In this document: piece after piece, positions 53,439 through 64,000 of the stretch | Position numbering within the stretch: position 1 is the stretch's first letter | How the letters are laid out: every line of letters starts with the position of its first letter | Assembly: GCA_958439205.1 (NCBI GenBank) | Contig: OY288189.1 | Location: 511,960 to 575,959 of the forward strand | Length of the DNA: 64,000 nucleotides | Direction of reading: 5' to 3' | DNA from: an uncultured Allorhizobium sp. | GTDB lineage: Bacteria > Pseudomonadota > Alphaproteobacteria > Rhizobiales > Rhizobiaceae | Notes under the pieces: generated by a model | Seen by the model: only the letters and a program-made list of their open reading frames with translations | Told to the model about the DNA's origin: nothing | Database searches by the model: none | Translations under genes and position numbers: made by a program

Positions 53439-54953
53439 ATGGCCTATACACCGACTGGAAAACACCTGATCGCCGGCAACTGGGTTGCCAGCACGGATAC
53501 TTTCACCTCGTCGCCTGCCACGGGCTCCTCCCACACCTTCTCGAAGGGCACCCCTGCCCTGGTCGATCAGGCGGTGAAAGCCGCCGAAGAGGCATTCGAA
53601 ACCTATGCCTATTCGACGCGCGAAGAGCGTGCCGCCTTCCTCGACGCCATCGCCGAGGAAATCGATGCACGTGGTGACGCGATCACCGAGATCGGCTCCC
53701 AGGAAACCGGTCTGCCGGAAGCACGCCTGATCGGCGAGCGCGGCCGCACCGTCGGCCAGCTTCGTCTCTTCGCGGCGCATATCCGCAAGGGCGACTATCT
53801 CGACCGCCGTCATGACGAAGCCCTGCCCGATCGCAAGCCGCTGCCACGTTCGGACCTCAGGATGGTCCAGCGTCCGATCGGCCCGGTCGCCGTCTTCGGT
53901 GCCTCCAACTTCCCCCTCGCCTTCTCCACGGCTGGTGGTGATACGGCAGCGGCACTCGCTGCTGGCTGCCCTGTCGTCGTCAAGGCGCATGATGCCCATC
54001 CGGGCACCGGTGAAATCGTCGCCTCCGCGATCGATGCTGCCATCAAGCGCTGCGGCGTGCATCCGGGCGTGTTCTCGCTCGTTCACGGCGGGAGCCGCGA
54101 CGTCGGCCAGGCACTCGTTCAGCATCCGCTGATCAAGGCTGTCGGCTTCACCGGCTCGCTCGGTGGTGGTCGCGCGCTCTTCGATCTCTGCGCGCAGCGA
54201 CCAGAACCCATCCCGTTCTTCGGCGAGCTCGGCTCGGTCAACCCGATGTTCATGCTGCCCAAGGCGATCGCCACCCGTGGCGAAGCCATTGCCAAGGGCT
54301 GGGTCGGTTCGCTGACCATGGGTGCCGGTCAGTTCTGCACCAATCCGGGTATCGTCGTGCTGCTCAAGGGCGCTGATGCGGAAAAGTATGTCGAGACAGC
54401 AACGGAAGCTCTCTCGGCCGTTGGTCCGCAGACGATGCTGACGGATGGGATTGCTGATGCCTACCGCAAGGGTGCGACCAAGATCGCCGGTACCGAAGGT
54501 GTTCGTTCGGTTCTCACCTCGACCTGCGACCTGCGCAATGCGACGCCTTACCTGTTCCAGACGACGGCCAAGGACTGGCTCGACAACCATGTGCTCGGCG
54601 AAGAAGTGTTCGGTCCGCTCGGCCTGATCGTTATCGCCGAGAGCGAAGACGAAATGGTCGCCATGGCCCGCAGCCTTTCCGGCCAGCTGACGGCTTCGAT
54701 CCATCTCGCCGATGGTGACGAGACGCTTGGCAAGCGCCTCATGCCGATCCTGGAGCGCAAGGCGGGTCGTGTGCTTGCCAACGGCTTCCCGACGGGTGTC
54801 GAAGTGGCTGATTCCATGGTTCACGGTGGCCCCTACCCGGCTTCCACGAACTTTGGCGCCACGTCTGTCGGCACGCTCTCGATCCGTCGCTTCCTGCGGC
54901 CGGTCTGCTTCCAGGATATTCCGGCGGCGCTTCTGCCGACCGATCTCGCCTGA
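53439..54953 (+). CDS. Alpha-ketoglutaric semialdehyde dehydrogenase (NADP+ aldehyde dehydrogenase)
   Basis: FGASNFPLAFS, GFTGS, ELGSVNP, GAGQFCTNPG, EEVFGP, HGGPYPAST. Confidence 0.88.
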   Translation: MAYTPTGKHLIAGNWVASTDTFTSSPATGSSHTFSKGTPALVDQAVKAAEEAFETYAYSTREERAAFLDAIAEEIDARGDAITEIGSQETGLPEARLIGERGRTVGQLRLFAAHIRKGDYLDRRHDEALPDRKPLPRSDLRMVQRPIGPVAVFGASNFPLAFSTAGGDTAAALAAGCPVVVKAHDAHPGTGEIVASAIDAAIKRCGVHPGVFSLVHGGSRDVGQALVQHPLIKAVGFTGSLGGGRALFDLCAQRPEPIPFFGELGSVNPMFMLPKAIATRGEAIAKGWVGSLTMGAGQFCTNPGIVVLLKGADAEKYVETATEALSAVGPQTMLTDGIADAYRKGATKIAGTEGVRSVLTSTCDLRNATPYLFQTTAKDWLDNHVLGEEVFGPLGLIVIAESEDEMVAMARSLSGQLTASIHLADGDETLGKRLMPILERKAGRVLANGFPTGVEVADSMVHGGPYPASTNFGATSVGTLSIRRFLRPVCFQDIPAALLPTDLA

Positions 54954-54962
54954 GGACATGCC

Positions 54963-55892
54963 GTGACGACATCACCGTTTGCCGCGCTCGTCGACTGGGG
55001 CACCAGCAACCTTCGGATCTGGCTGACCGACAGCCAGGGTGAGGTGATCGGTGAACGTCAATCTGCAGAGGGTATGGGCAGCCTCGATAAGGCTGCCTAT
55101 CCCGCCGTGCTTGAAGGGCATCTCACAGCGCTCGGTGCGCCTCCGGATCTCCCTGTGGTCATCGCCGGCATGGCGGGCGCCCGCACAGGCTGGCGCGAAG
55201 CTCCCTATGTGGAAACGCCGGCGCCGCTGGTCGGACTTTTCCAGCATGCAGTCCAGCCGGAGGGCGTCAGCCGTCCGGTCTATATCCTGCCTGGCGTCTG
55301 CCAGCGCGAGGGCGGTGCCTTTGACGTCATGCGGGGTGAGGAAACCCAGCTTGCCGGCGCCCTCGAGCAGGGCCTGGACAACGCTCTCTTCTGCCTTCCA
55401 GGCACCCATTCGAAATGGGCTCTCGTCGAGGGGGGGCAGGTTCGCAATTTTTCCACCGTGATGACGGGCGAGCTTTTCAATTTGATCAGCCGGCAGTCCA
55501 TCCTGCGCCTTTCCGTTCCCGAGGACGGTGACGCCGAGGCGGATCCTGAAATCTTCGACGCTGCCGTGCAGCAGGCGCTTGAGCCTGGATTTGCGCTGAC
55601 ATCGGTTCTCTTCTCGATCCGAGCCGAGGGCCTGCTTGCTTCGAATACGAAGATCAATCCGGCGGCGCGCCTCTCCGGTCTGCTGATCGGCGCCGAGATC
55701 GCGGCGATCCGCAAAGACCTGACGCGGTATGGCAAGGCCTACCTGATCGGTACCGGCAAGCTGACGCGTCTCTATGCCCGTGCCATCGTCCAGGCTGGCG
55801 GCGAACCGGTTCTCCTTGATGGGGGGCTGTTGGTCCGTCGCGGTCTGCTTGCCTCGGCACTCTCTCTTTTCGACCACGAATTCAAGGATTGA
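54963..55892 (+). CDS. dgoK: 2-dehydro-3-deoxygalactonokinase
   Basis: DWGTSNLR, GMAGARTGWREAPY, DVMRGEETQ, LPGTHSKW, MTGELF. Confidence 0.93.
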   Translation: MTTSPFAALVDWGTSNLRIWLTDSQGEVIGERQSAEGMGSLDKAAYPAVLEGHLTALGAPPDLPVVIAGMAGARTGWREAPYVETPAPLVGLFQHAVQPEGVSRPVYILPGVCQREGGAFDVMRGEETQLAGALEQGLDNALFCLPGTHSKWALVEGGQVRNFSTVMTGELFNLISRQSILRLSVPEDGDAEADPEIFDAAVQQALEPGFALTSVLFSIRAEGLLASNTKINPAARLSGLLIGAEIAAIRKDLTRYGKAYLIGTGKLTRLYARAIVQAGGEPVLLDGGLLVRRGLLASALSLFDHEFKD

Positions 55893-55896
55893 CCTG

Positions 55897-56529
55897 ATGA
55901 CTGCATCCGTTGCCTGGCCCGCGCTTCGCCGCAATCTTGTTGCCATCCTGCGCGGCATCAAGCCGGAGGAGATCGAAGCCGCAGTGGATGCGCTGCTGGA
56001 AGCAGGGTTCGAGGCGATCGAAGTGCCCTTGAACTCGCCCGATCCGTTCGTTTCCATCGAGAAGGCCCGCAAACTTGCACCGGCAAATGTGCTGATCGGG
56101 GCAGGGACAGTTCTCGAAGCGTCCCAGGTGGACCGGCTGAACGATGTCGGCGGCAATCTTCTGGTGACACCGAATGTCGAGCCTGATGTGATTCGCCGTG
56201 CGGTTTCGCATGGGATGGTCGCAATGCCGGGCGTCTTCACGCCGACGGAAGCTCTGCTTGCCGCCAAGTGCGGCGCTTCGGCGCTCAAGTTCTTCCCGGC
56301 TAGCGTGCTGGGCCCGAGCGGCATTTCCGCCATCAAGGCCATTCTGCCGCCGCATCTGCCTCTCGGCGCTGTCGGCGGCGTCTCCGATGCCAACTTTGCG
56401 GATTACTGGAAGGTCGGCGTTCGCGCCTTTGGCCTGGGCTCCAGCCTCTATAAGCCGGGCGATAGTGCCGCGGTCATCGGTGAGCGCGCCATCAAGAACG
56501 TTCAGGCTTACGACGCGCTCGTCGGCTGA
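55897..56529 (+). CDS. dgoA: 2-dehydro-3-deoxy-6-phosphogalactonate aldolase
   Basis: LVAILRG, EVPLNSPDP, GAGTV, LKFFPA, AVGGV; start ATG 55897. Confidence 0.93.
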   Translation: MTASVAWPALRRNLVAILRGIKPEEIEAAVDALLEAGFEAIEVPLNSPDPFVSIEKARKLAPANVLIGAGTVLEASQVDRLNDVGGNLLVTPNVEPDVIRRAVSHGMVAMPGVFTPTEALLAAKCGASALKFFPASVLGPSGISAIKAILPPHLPLGAVGGVSDANFADYWKVGVRAFGLGSSLYKPGDSAAVIGERAIKNVQAYDALVG

Positions 56530-56554
56530 CCATCGCTTGACTACGAATTCATTG

Positions 56555-56587
56555 AGGCCTGTCCGGCATCCCCCGGCCGGGCCTTTT
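56555..56587 (+). terminator. Intrinsic terminator of the sugar operon
   Basis: AGGCCTGTCCGG...CCGGCCGGGCCTTTT, an imperfect GC-rich stem with a T4 tail. Confidence 0.6.
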
Positions 56588-56700
56588 CGTTGGCTCTGCT
56601 GACGCACCGGTTGTGACAATAATCACGCTGCAAATCAGATAAACGTCGCCGCGCCCAAATTTGAACATACGTGCGCCGCTTTTTGAGATATAGTATAACT

Positions 56701-56795
56701 AACTTGGTTGGCGCGATGCGCCAAAAGGTCCGGTCTGGCGCATTGACCCCTTACCCCCAGCCCCCCAATGTTTCCAGGCCGGACCACACCAAGTT
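56701..56795 (+). ncRNA. Putative structured small RNA with C-rich apical loop (possibly PmaR/C10-like)
   Basis: Nested helices 56701-08/56788-95, 56709-14/56718-23, 56727-38/56774-85 and 56741-45/56766-70; TATAGT -10-like box at 56689-56694. Strand is inferred from that box. Confidence 0.7.
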
Positions 56796-56810
56796 TCCAG
56801 CACCCTGAAA

Positions 56811-57623
56811 TCAGAGCGTCTTTGGCGTGGTCATCATGACGGTGGCCCCGATGATTCGGGACGGATTGCCGCCCTCATCGGCAGCCTGAAGGAGAATGGC
56901 TATACCGTCGCTCTCTTCGTCGCCCATGGGCTTTGCCGGAAGCGTCAGATCAAGCGACTTTCCATCCCACATGCCAACGGTCTGAACGTCGGTCACGCTG
57001 TGCCAGTAGTTCAGGCTCTGCCCGAGGTTTTCGCCCTTGAGCACCTCGACGGTCTGGTTCTGACGGAAATAGACAACCACGACATTTGCCTTGCCGGCAC
57101 CTTTGCCGATCGTAATCGACAACTGGTCGTCGTGACGCGAGGCCTTCACCGGCACGATCAAGCCGTTTCCGCTCGACTTCATGTGGTCCAGCCGCTGATT
57201 GACCTCCGATGCGTCGGTGCCCTTCAGATGTTCACGACCATTGAGCACCGCCTGCGGGGTGTAGACCCCATTTCGACCGAAGGTCTTGGCATAGGCATAT
57301 TGCCTTGCTGTGTTTTCCTTGGTCGCCAGGGTATCGGCCCAGCCAAGGTAGTTCCAATAATCGACGTGGTAGGACAGCGCCACGACCTTGCCTTCGCGAA
57401 CGAGCTGCTCGAAAGCGCGGTCCGCAGGAGGACAGGAGCGGCATCCCTGTGAGGTGAAGAGTTCCACAACGCCCTTCGGCGTCGATGCGTCGTCAGCCTT
57501 CGCTGCAGCGCCGGAAAGGATGATGAATGGCGCGAGGACCAAAGCAATCAGCTTTGCCCTTAGCTTTCCTCGACCCGTGCTTTTGCTTGCCTGCAACATG
57601 CTGATGCGATGCCTTTTCTGCAT
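56811..57623 (-). CDS. DUF1223 thioredoxin-like secreted protein
   Basis: VELFTSQGCRSCPPAD, YHVDYWNYLGWAD, VYTPQAVLNG; start uncertain (57623 or 57599). Confidence 0.88.
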   Translation of the reverse strand: MQKRHRISMLQASKSTGRGKLRAKLIALVLAPFIILSGAAAKADDASTPKGVVELFTSQGCRSCPPADRAFEQLVREGKVVALSYHVDYWNYLGWADTLATKENTARQYAYAKTFGRNGVYTPQAVLNGREHLKGTDASEVNQRLDHMKSSGNGLIVPVKASRHDDQLSITIGKGAGKANVVVVYFRQNQTVEVLKGENLGQSLNYWHSVTDVQTVGMWDGKSLDLTLPAKPMGDEESDGIAILLQAADEGGNPSRIIGATVMMTTPKTL

Positions 57624-57708
57624 GGTGCACTTGATACTCTCTCGTGCCCTGTGCGCAAAGTCACGATGGGGTGAAATTTTGGTCAACGGTCCAATTCCGT
57701 CACCCACG

Positions 57709-57738
57709 AAAAAAGCCGCCGGTCACCCGGCGGCTTTT
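57709..57738 (-). terminator. Intrinsic terminator after acnA
   Basis: AAAAAAGCCGCCGG-TCAC-CCGGCGGCTTTT. Confidence 0.88.
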
Positions 57739-57758
57739 CATCTGTCGTCTCAGAACTT

Positions 57759-60452
<2,694 letters not shown>

Positions 60453-60632
60453 GGATAGAAACCCCGCATATTCTGATAGCCAACACAATCGTGCGGACGC
60501 CTATGCACTTCATGCACATCAGGATGCGGGTACGACCATTTCCGCTGTCCGCCCGTGAAAATCGCTCCTCGCGATGTCCAAGTTCGGCACAAGGATGAAC
60601 TTCACGCCGGCCGCTGGCGTGGTTGCAGGTCT

Positions 60633-60649
60633 TATAGATAATTTCTAAG
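60633..60649. promoter_or_regulatory. Irr ICE-like iron-control element between acnA and ccmA
   Basis: TATAGAT-AAT-TTCTAAG versus the ICE consensus TTTAGAA-N3-TTCTAAA (11/14). Confidence 0.5.
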
Positions 60650-60722
60650 AAAGGCGCCAGACCGACGAAGGACGAAATCGGAAATTTTTATGAGGCAGGC
60701 CTCATCCTGCCAGAAGGCGATC

Positions 60723-61373
60723 ATGATCAGGCTTGAAGCCGAAAATCTCTCAGCGCGCCGTGGCGAGGACCTGATTTTCGTTAATGTTTCCTTTACGTTG
60801 GCTTCCGGAGAGGCACTGGTTCTCACGGGCCGAAACGGCTCTGGAAAATCGACCTTGTTGCGTGTCGTGGCGGGGCTGCTTCGCCCTGAAACGGGACGTG
60901 CCGTTTGCTTTTCGCAAGCCCATGACGAAGCGCGCCCTGCGGGCGAATTCAGTCACTACCTCGGTCATCGCAACGGTATGAAACGCGAATTGACGGTTGC
61001 TGAAAATCTGACCTTCTGGAAATCCTTCCTGGGTGATCTCGGCATGGGGCAAAGCCTTGAGGTCGAAGAGGCGGCAGCGGCCGTCGATCTGGCTGGGATC
61101 ACGCATCTTCCCTATGGCTATCTCTCTGCCGGTCAGCAGCGACGCTTCGCTATGGCGCGCCTTTTGGTCGCCTATCGGCCGGTCTGGATTCTCGACGAGC
61201 CGACAGCTGCTCTCGACCGTCGCGCTGACACCATGTTCGAAGAGTTGGTGCGGCAGCACCGGCAGGCAGGCGGCATCGTGCTTGCGGCAACCCACCAGCC
61301 TCTCGGCATGGAGGGCGCGGCGAACCTGGAGATGCTCGGCTTCGATGGCGTCGATGAGGAGTATGCGGCATGA
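60723..61373 (+). CDS. ccmA: Heme ABC exporter ATP-binding subunit CcmA
   Basis: GRNGSGKST, YLGHRNG, LSAGQQRR, WILDEP, ATHQPL. Confidence 0.95.
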   Translation: MIRLEAENLSARRGEDLIFVNVSFTLASGEALVLTGRNGSGKSTLLRVVAGLLRPETGRAVCFSQAHDEARPAGEFSHYLGHRNGMKRELTVAENLTFWKSFLGDLGMGQSLEVEEAAAAVDLAGITHLPYGYLSAGQQRRFAMARLLVAYRPVWILDEPTAALDRRADTMFEELVRQHRQAGGIVLAATHQPLGMEGAANLEMLGFDGVDEEYAA

Positions 61374-62029
61374 TGGCGCTCTTCCTCCGAGACCTGAAGC
61401 TCTCGGTGCGCGCCGGTGGCGGCGCACTGATCGGCGTGCTTTTCTTCACGACCGTCGTTGCCGTCATCCCCTTCGGTGTCGGTCCTGATCTTAATCTGCT
61501 TTCCCGCATCGGTCCGGCCATCGTCTGGATCGGCGCGTTGTTGTCGGCTCTGCTCGGTCTCGACCGGCTGTTTCAGGCCGAGCGCGATGATGGATCGCTC
61601 GATATCCTGCTGATGCAGGAAACGCCCTTGGTTCTTACAGTGTTGGTCAAGTGCCTTGCGCATTGGGTTGCAACGGGCCTACCCCTTGTCATTGCTTCGC
61701 CGCTGCTCGGCCTCTTCATGAATATGGATGAAGTGGCCATCGGCGCCGTCATGCTGACCCTGTTGGTCGGTTCGCCTGCCATTACCTTCATCGGTGCTGC
61801 AGGTGCAGCCGTTGCCGTTGCCCTGCCCCGAGGCGGTCTGCTGGTGTCTATCCTCGTGCTTCCGCTCGCCGTGCCGGTGCTGATCTTCGGGGTTAGCGCA
61901 TCCTACGCGGCGGTCGAAGATCCGGCGCCCTTCCTGCCGCCTTTCATGTTCCTCTCGGCCATCACACTTCTCTTTGCCGTGATCGGACCTGTTGGTGCAG
62001 CCGCTGCTTTGCGCAGCTCGGCGGACTGA
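61370..62029 (+). CDS. ccmB: Heme exporter membrane protein CcmB
   Basis: RDLKLSVR, LFQAERDDGSLD, KCLAHW, LPLAVPVLIFG. Confidence 0.95.
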   Translation: MMALFLRDLKLSVRAGGGALIGVLFFTTVVAVIPFGVGPDLNLLSRIGPAIVWIGALLSALLGLDRLFQAERDDGSLDILLMQETPLVLTVLVKCLAHWVATGLPLVIASPLLGLFMNMDEVAIGAVMLTLLVGSPAITFIGAAGAAVAVALPRGGLLVSILVLPLAVPVLIFGVSASYAAVEDPAPFLPPFMFLSAITLLFAVIGPVGAAAALRSSAD

Positions 62030-62040
62030 GGCATTTCAGC

Positions 62041-62054
62041 TTGACCAGGATCAA
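62041..62054. promoter_or_regulatory. FNR/FixK-type box upstream of ccmC
   Basis: TTGAC-CAGG-ATCAA, one mismatch to TTGAT-N4-ATCAA. Confidence 0.6.
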
Positions 62055-62088
62055 TTGCAGGCGGGATTGAGACAGGCTAAAACACATC

Positions 62089-62856
62089 ATGACCGACAAC
62101 AGCCTTGCCATCACAAAAATCGGCGACCTCGCCAATCCCACCCGATTTCTCGCGCTGGTCGCGCGGATCCTGCCCTGGTTTGCGGGCATTACGGTGCTGC
62201 TCTTTGCGGTCGGGCTCTATCTCGGCTTTGCCTCGGAGACCGACTACCAGCAGGGCGATACGGTGCGCATTATGTATGTGCATGTGCCGGCGGCCTGGCT
62301 CTCGATGATGTGTTACTCCGTGATGGCGCTCTCGGCGATCGGCACGCTTGTCTGGCGGCATCCGCTGGCCGATGTCAGCCACAAGGCCGCAGCTCCGCTG
62401 GGCGCGGCCTTCACGCTGATTGCACTCATCACCGGCTCCCTCTGGGGCAAGCCGATGTGGGGCACATGGTGGGTGTGGGATGCGCGTCTCACCTCTGTCT
62501 TTGTACTCTTCCTGATGTATCTCGGACTGATCGCTCTCAACCGCGCCATGGATGATCCGTCCAAGGCAGCCAGGCTCAGTTCGGTTCTGATCCTTGTCGG
62601 ATTCGTCAACATTCCGATCATCAAGTTCTCGGTCGACTGGTGGAACACGCTGCATCAGCCCGCGAGCGTCATGCGGCTTGACGGTCCAACCATCCATCCG
62701 GAATTCCTCTGGCCGCTGCTGGTGATGGCGCTGGCCTTCACCCTCCTCTTCTTCACGCTGCATCTGATGGCGATGCGCAACGAGATCTGGCGCCGCCGGG
62801 TTGGTGCGCAGCGTCGCCTGGCCGCGCGTCAGGCCGGTCGGGAGCATTCGGCATGA
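62089..62856 (+). CDS. ccmC: Heme exporter/heme-handling protein CcmC
   Basis: RIMYVHVPAAW, WWD motif WGKPMWGTWWVWDARLT, SVDWWNTLHQ. Confidence 0.97.
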   Translation: MTDNSLAITKIGDLANPTRFLALVARILPWFAGITVLLFAVGLYLGFASETDYQQGDTVRIMYVHVPAAWLSMMCYSVMALSAIGTLVWRHPLADVSHKAAAPLGAAFTLIALITGSLWGKPMWGTWWVWDARLTSVFVLFLMYLGLIALNRAMDDPSKAARLSSVLILVGFVNIPIIKFSVDWWNTLHQPASVMRLDGPTIHPEFLWPLLVMALAFTLLFFTLHLMAMRNEIWRRRVGAQRRLAARQAGREHSA

Positions 62857-63038
62857 GCCACGCCTTTTACGTCATTGGGTCGTATGCCTTGACCGCAGGC
62901 ATCTGTCTGGTCCTGACCGTCTGGATCTATCTCGACGGTCGGGCGCGGCAGGCTGAATTGAAGACGCTGGAATCGCAGGGGATCCGGCGACGCTCGGCCT
63001 CGGCCTCATCCTCTTCCGTGCAGGATCCGAGCGCATGA
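62853..63038 (+). CDS. ccmD: Heme exporter protein CcmD
   Basis: Small TM protein with a basic C-terminus (GIRRRS), overlapping ccmC and ccmG. Confidence 0.88.
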   Translation: MSHAFYVIGSYALTAGICLVLTVWIYLDGRARQAELKTLESQGIRRRSASASSSSVQDPSA

Positions 63039-63625
63039 CGCAGCAGAGCGAAAGCGATGCACCGGTCGCAAGGGGTCGTGGGCGATACCTGATAGCCGCG
63101 CTGCCACTGTTGCTGTTCGCGGGTCTTGCCGCAGTGTTCATGACCCAGCTTCAATCCGGCCGGGACGTCTCCGAGATCCCGTCGGCCTTGCTGGGCACCA
63201 AAGCGCCGCCGCTGCAAATGGAGGCACTCGACGGGTCCGAGCGTCCGGCGCTCACCACCGCGGCAATTGACGGCAAGCTCACGCTGGTCAACGTCTTCGC
63301 CTCTTGGTGCGTGCCTTGCCGTCAGGAGCACCCGATGTTGCTCGAACTCTCGAAGGACTCGCGGGTCAACGTCGTTGGCATCAACTACAAGGATCGCAAC
63401 GACAATGCTTTGCGATTCCTTGGCGAACTCGGCAATCCCTATGCGGCGATCGGGGTCGATCCGAACGGGAAGGCTGCGATCGACTGGGGTGTCTACGGCA
63501 TTCCCGAAAGCTATCTCGTCGGTCCTGACGGAACGATCCTCTACAAGAAGGTGGGCCCGTTCGATCCCGAGACCTTCCAGACGCAGCTGATGCCGGCGAT
63601 CGAAAAGGCGCTCGCCGGTCTCTGA
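63035..63625 (+). CDS. ccmG: Thiol:disulfide interchange protein CcmG/DsbE
   Basis: NVFASWCVPC, GINYKD, WGVYGIPES. Confidence 0.95.
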   Translation: MTQQSESDAPVARGRGRYLIAALPLLLFAGLAAVFMTQLQSGRDVSEIPSALLGTKAPPLQMEALDGSERPALTTAAIDGKLTLVNVFASWCVPCRQEHPMLLELSKDSRVNVVGINYKDRNDNALRFLGELGNPYAAIGVDPNGKAAIDWGVYGIPESYLVGPDGTILYKKVGPFDPETFQTQLMPAIEKALAGL

Positions 63626-63631
63626 GAGACC

Positions 63632-64000
63632 TTAGAGAGCGCCCTGCCAGGTCTTCACTGCCTCGATCGGCCAGACCAGCATCAGAACGTTGAGGGTCAG
63701 GTTGTCTCTGATGACGATAGCCGTGAGAACTTCGAAGCCCAGCGCGATGATGACCGTCAGCCAGATTGGCATGCGGGCCGCAAAGAAGAAGCCGGCAATC
63801 ATGGCGACCATGTCCATGCCTGAATTCAGAATGCTGTCGCCGGTATAGCCTACCGCCATGGTAGCAGTTCGATAGCGATCGATCACGATCGGCGAGTTTT
63901 CGAGGATCTCCCAGGCGGCCTCGATCAGCGCCGAAAGCGCAAGCTTGGCGGTGATCGGCTTCCTGCGCATCACGAGCCAGCCCAGGCCGTAAAACAGGAA
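63632..64000 (-). CDS. DUF2585/UPF0314 membrane protein (5' end outside the window)
   Basis: [40 protein letters not shown]; the frame stays open to the window edge. Confidence 0.85.
   Translation of the reverse strand, partial: FLFYGLGWLVMRRKPITAKLALSALIEAAWEILENSPIVIDRYRTATMAVGYTGDSILNSGMDMVAMIAGFFFAARMPIWLTVIIALGFEVLTAIVIRDNLTLNVLMLVWPIEAVKTWQGAL

Noticed and set aside
56746-56766. G-quadruplex on the minus strand of the C-rich loop
   Set aside because: There are only three separate G-runs, and the sRNA loop explains the sequence better.

Overview
Core-chromosome window of a high-GC Rhizobiaceae alphaproteobacterium (Rhizobium/Agrobacterium-like) that spans the chromosomal replication origin. 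The oriC lies between ppsR and hemE, flanked by ppsR-maf-aroE-coaE-dnaQ on the left and hemE-hemJ-rho-mnmE-mnmG-rsmG-parA-parB on the right, with three parS sites. It also holds smr-mltA-Tim44, fxsA-secB, holA-lptE-leuS, yggS, prpE, a DUF1013 (TrcR-like) gene, acs, a thermonuclease, htpX-rsmB-heparinase-like-purH, MFS-gdh, pdxY-carbonic anhydrase, asd, a gbpR/chvE/gguAB L-arabinose/D-galactose cluster, acnA and ccmABCDG. I found no mobile element, CRISPR array, tRNA or rRNA. The protein genes are mostly routine, so the interest is in non-coding and short-ORF signals. The best of these is an unannotated 39-aa leader ORF ending TTKAKTTTKTV just upstream of asd, followed by anti-SD hairpins, which suggests a Thr/Lys-sensing attenuator. 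Other signals are a structured ~95-nt RNA with a C-rich loop after dgoA, a perfect LexA box on the thermonuclease promoter, an FNR-type box positioned for a leaderless ccmC transcript, RBS-sequestering leaders of prpE and acnA, and parS sites that double as stop codons and coding sequence. All calls were made by eye with no database searches or folding software. Start codons were adjusted from the ORF track where a better RBS or family N-terminus was visible.
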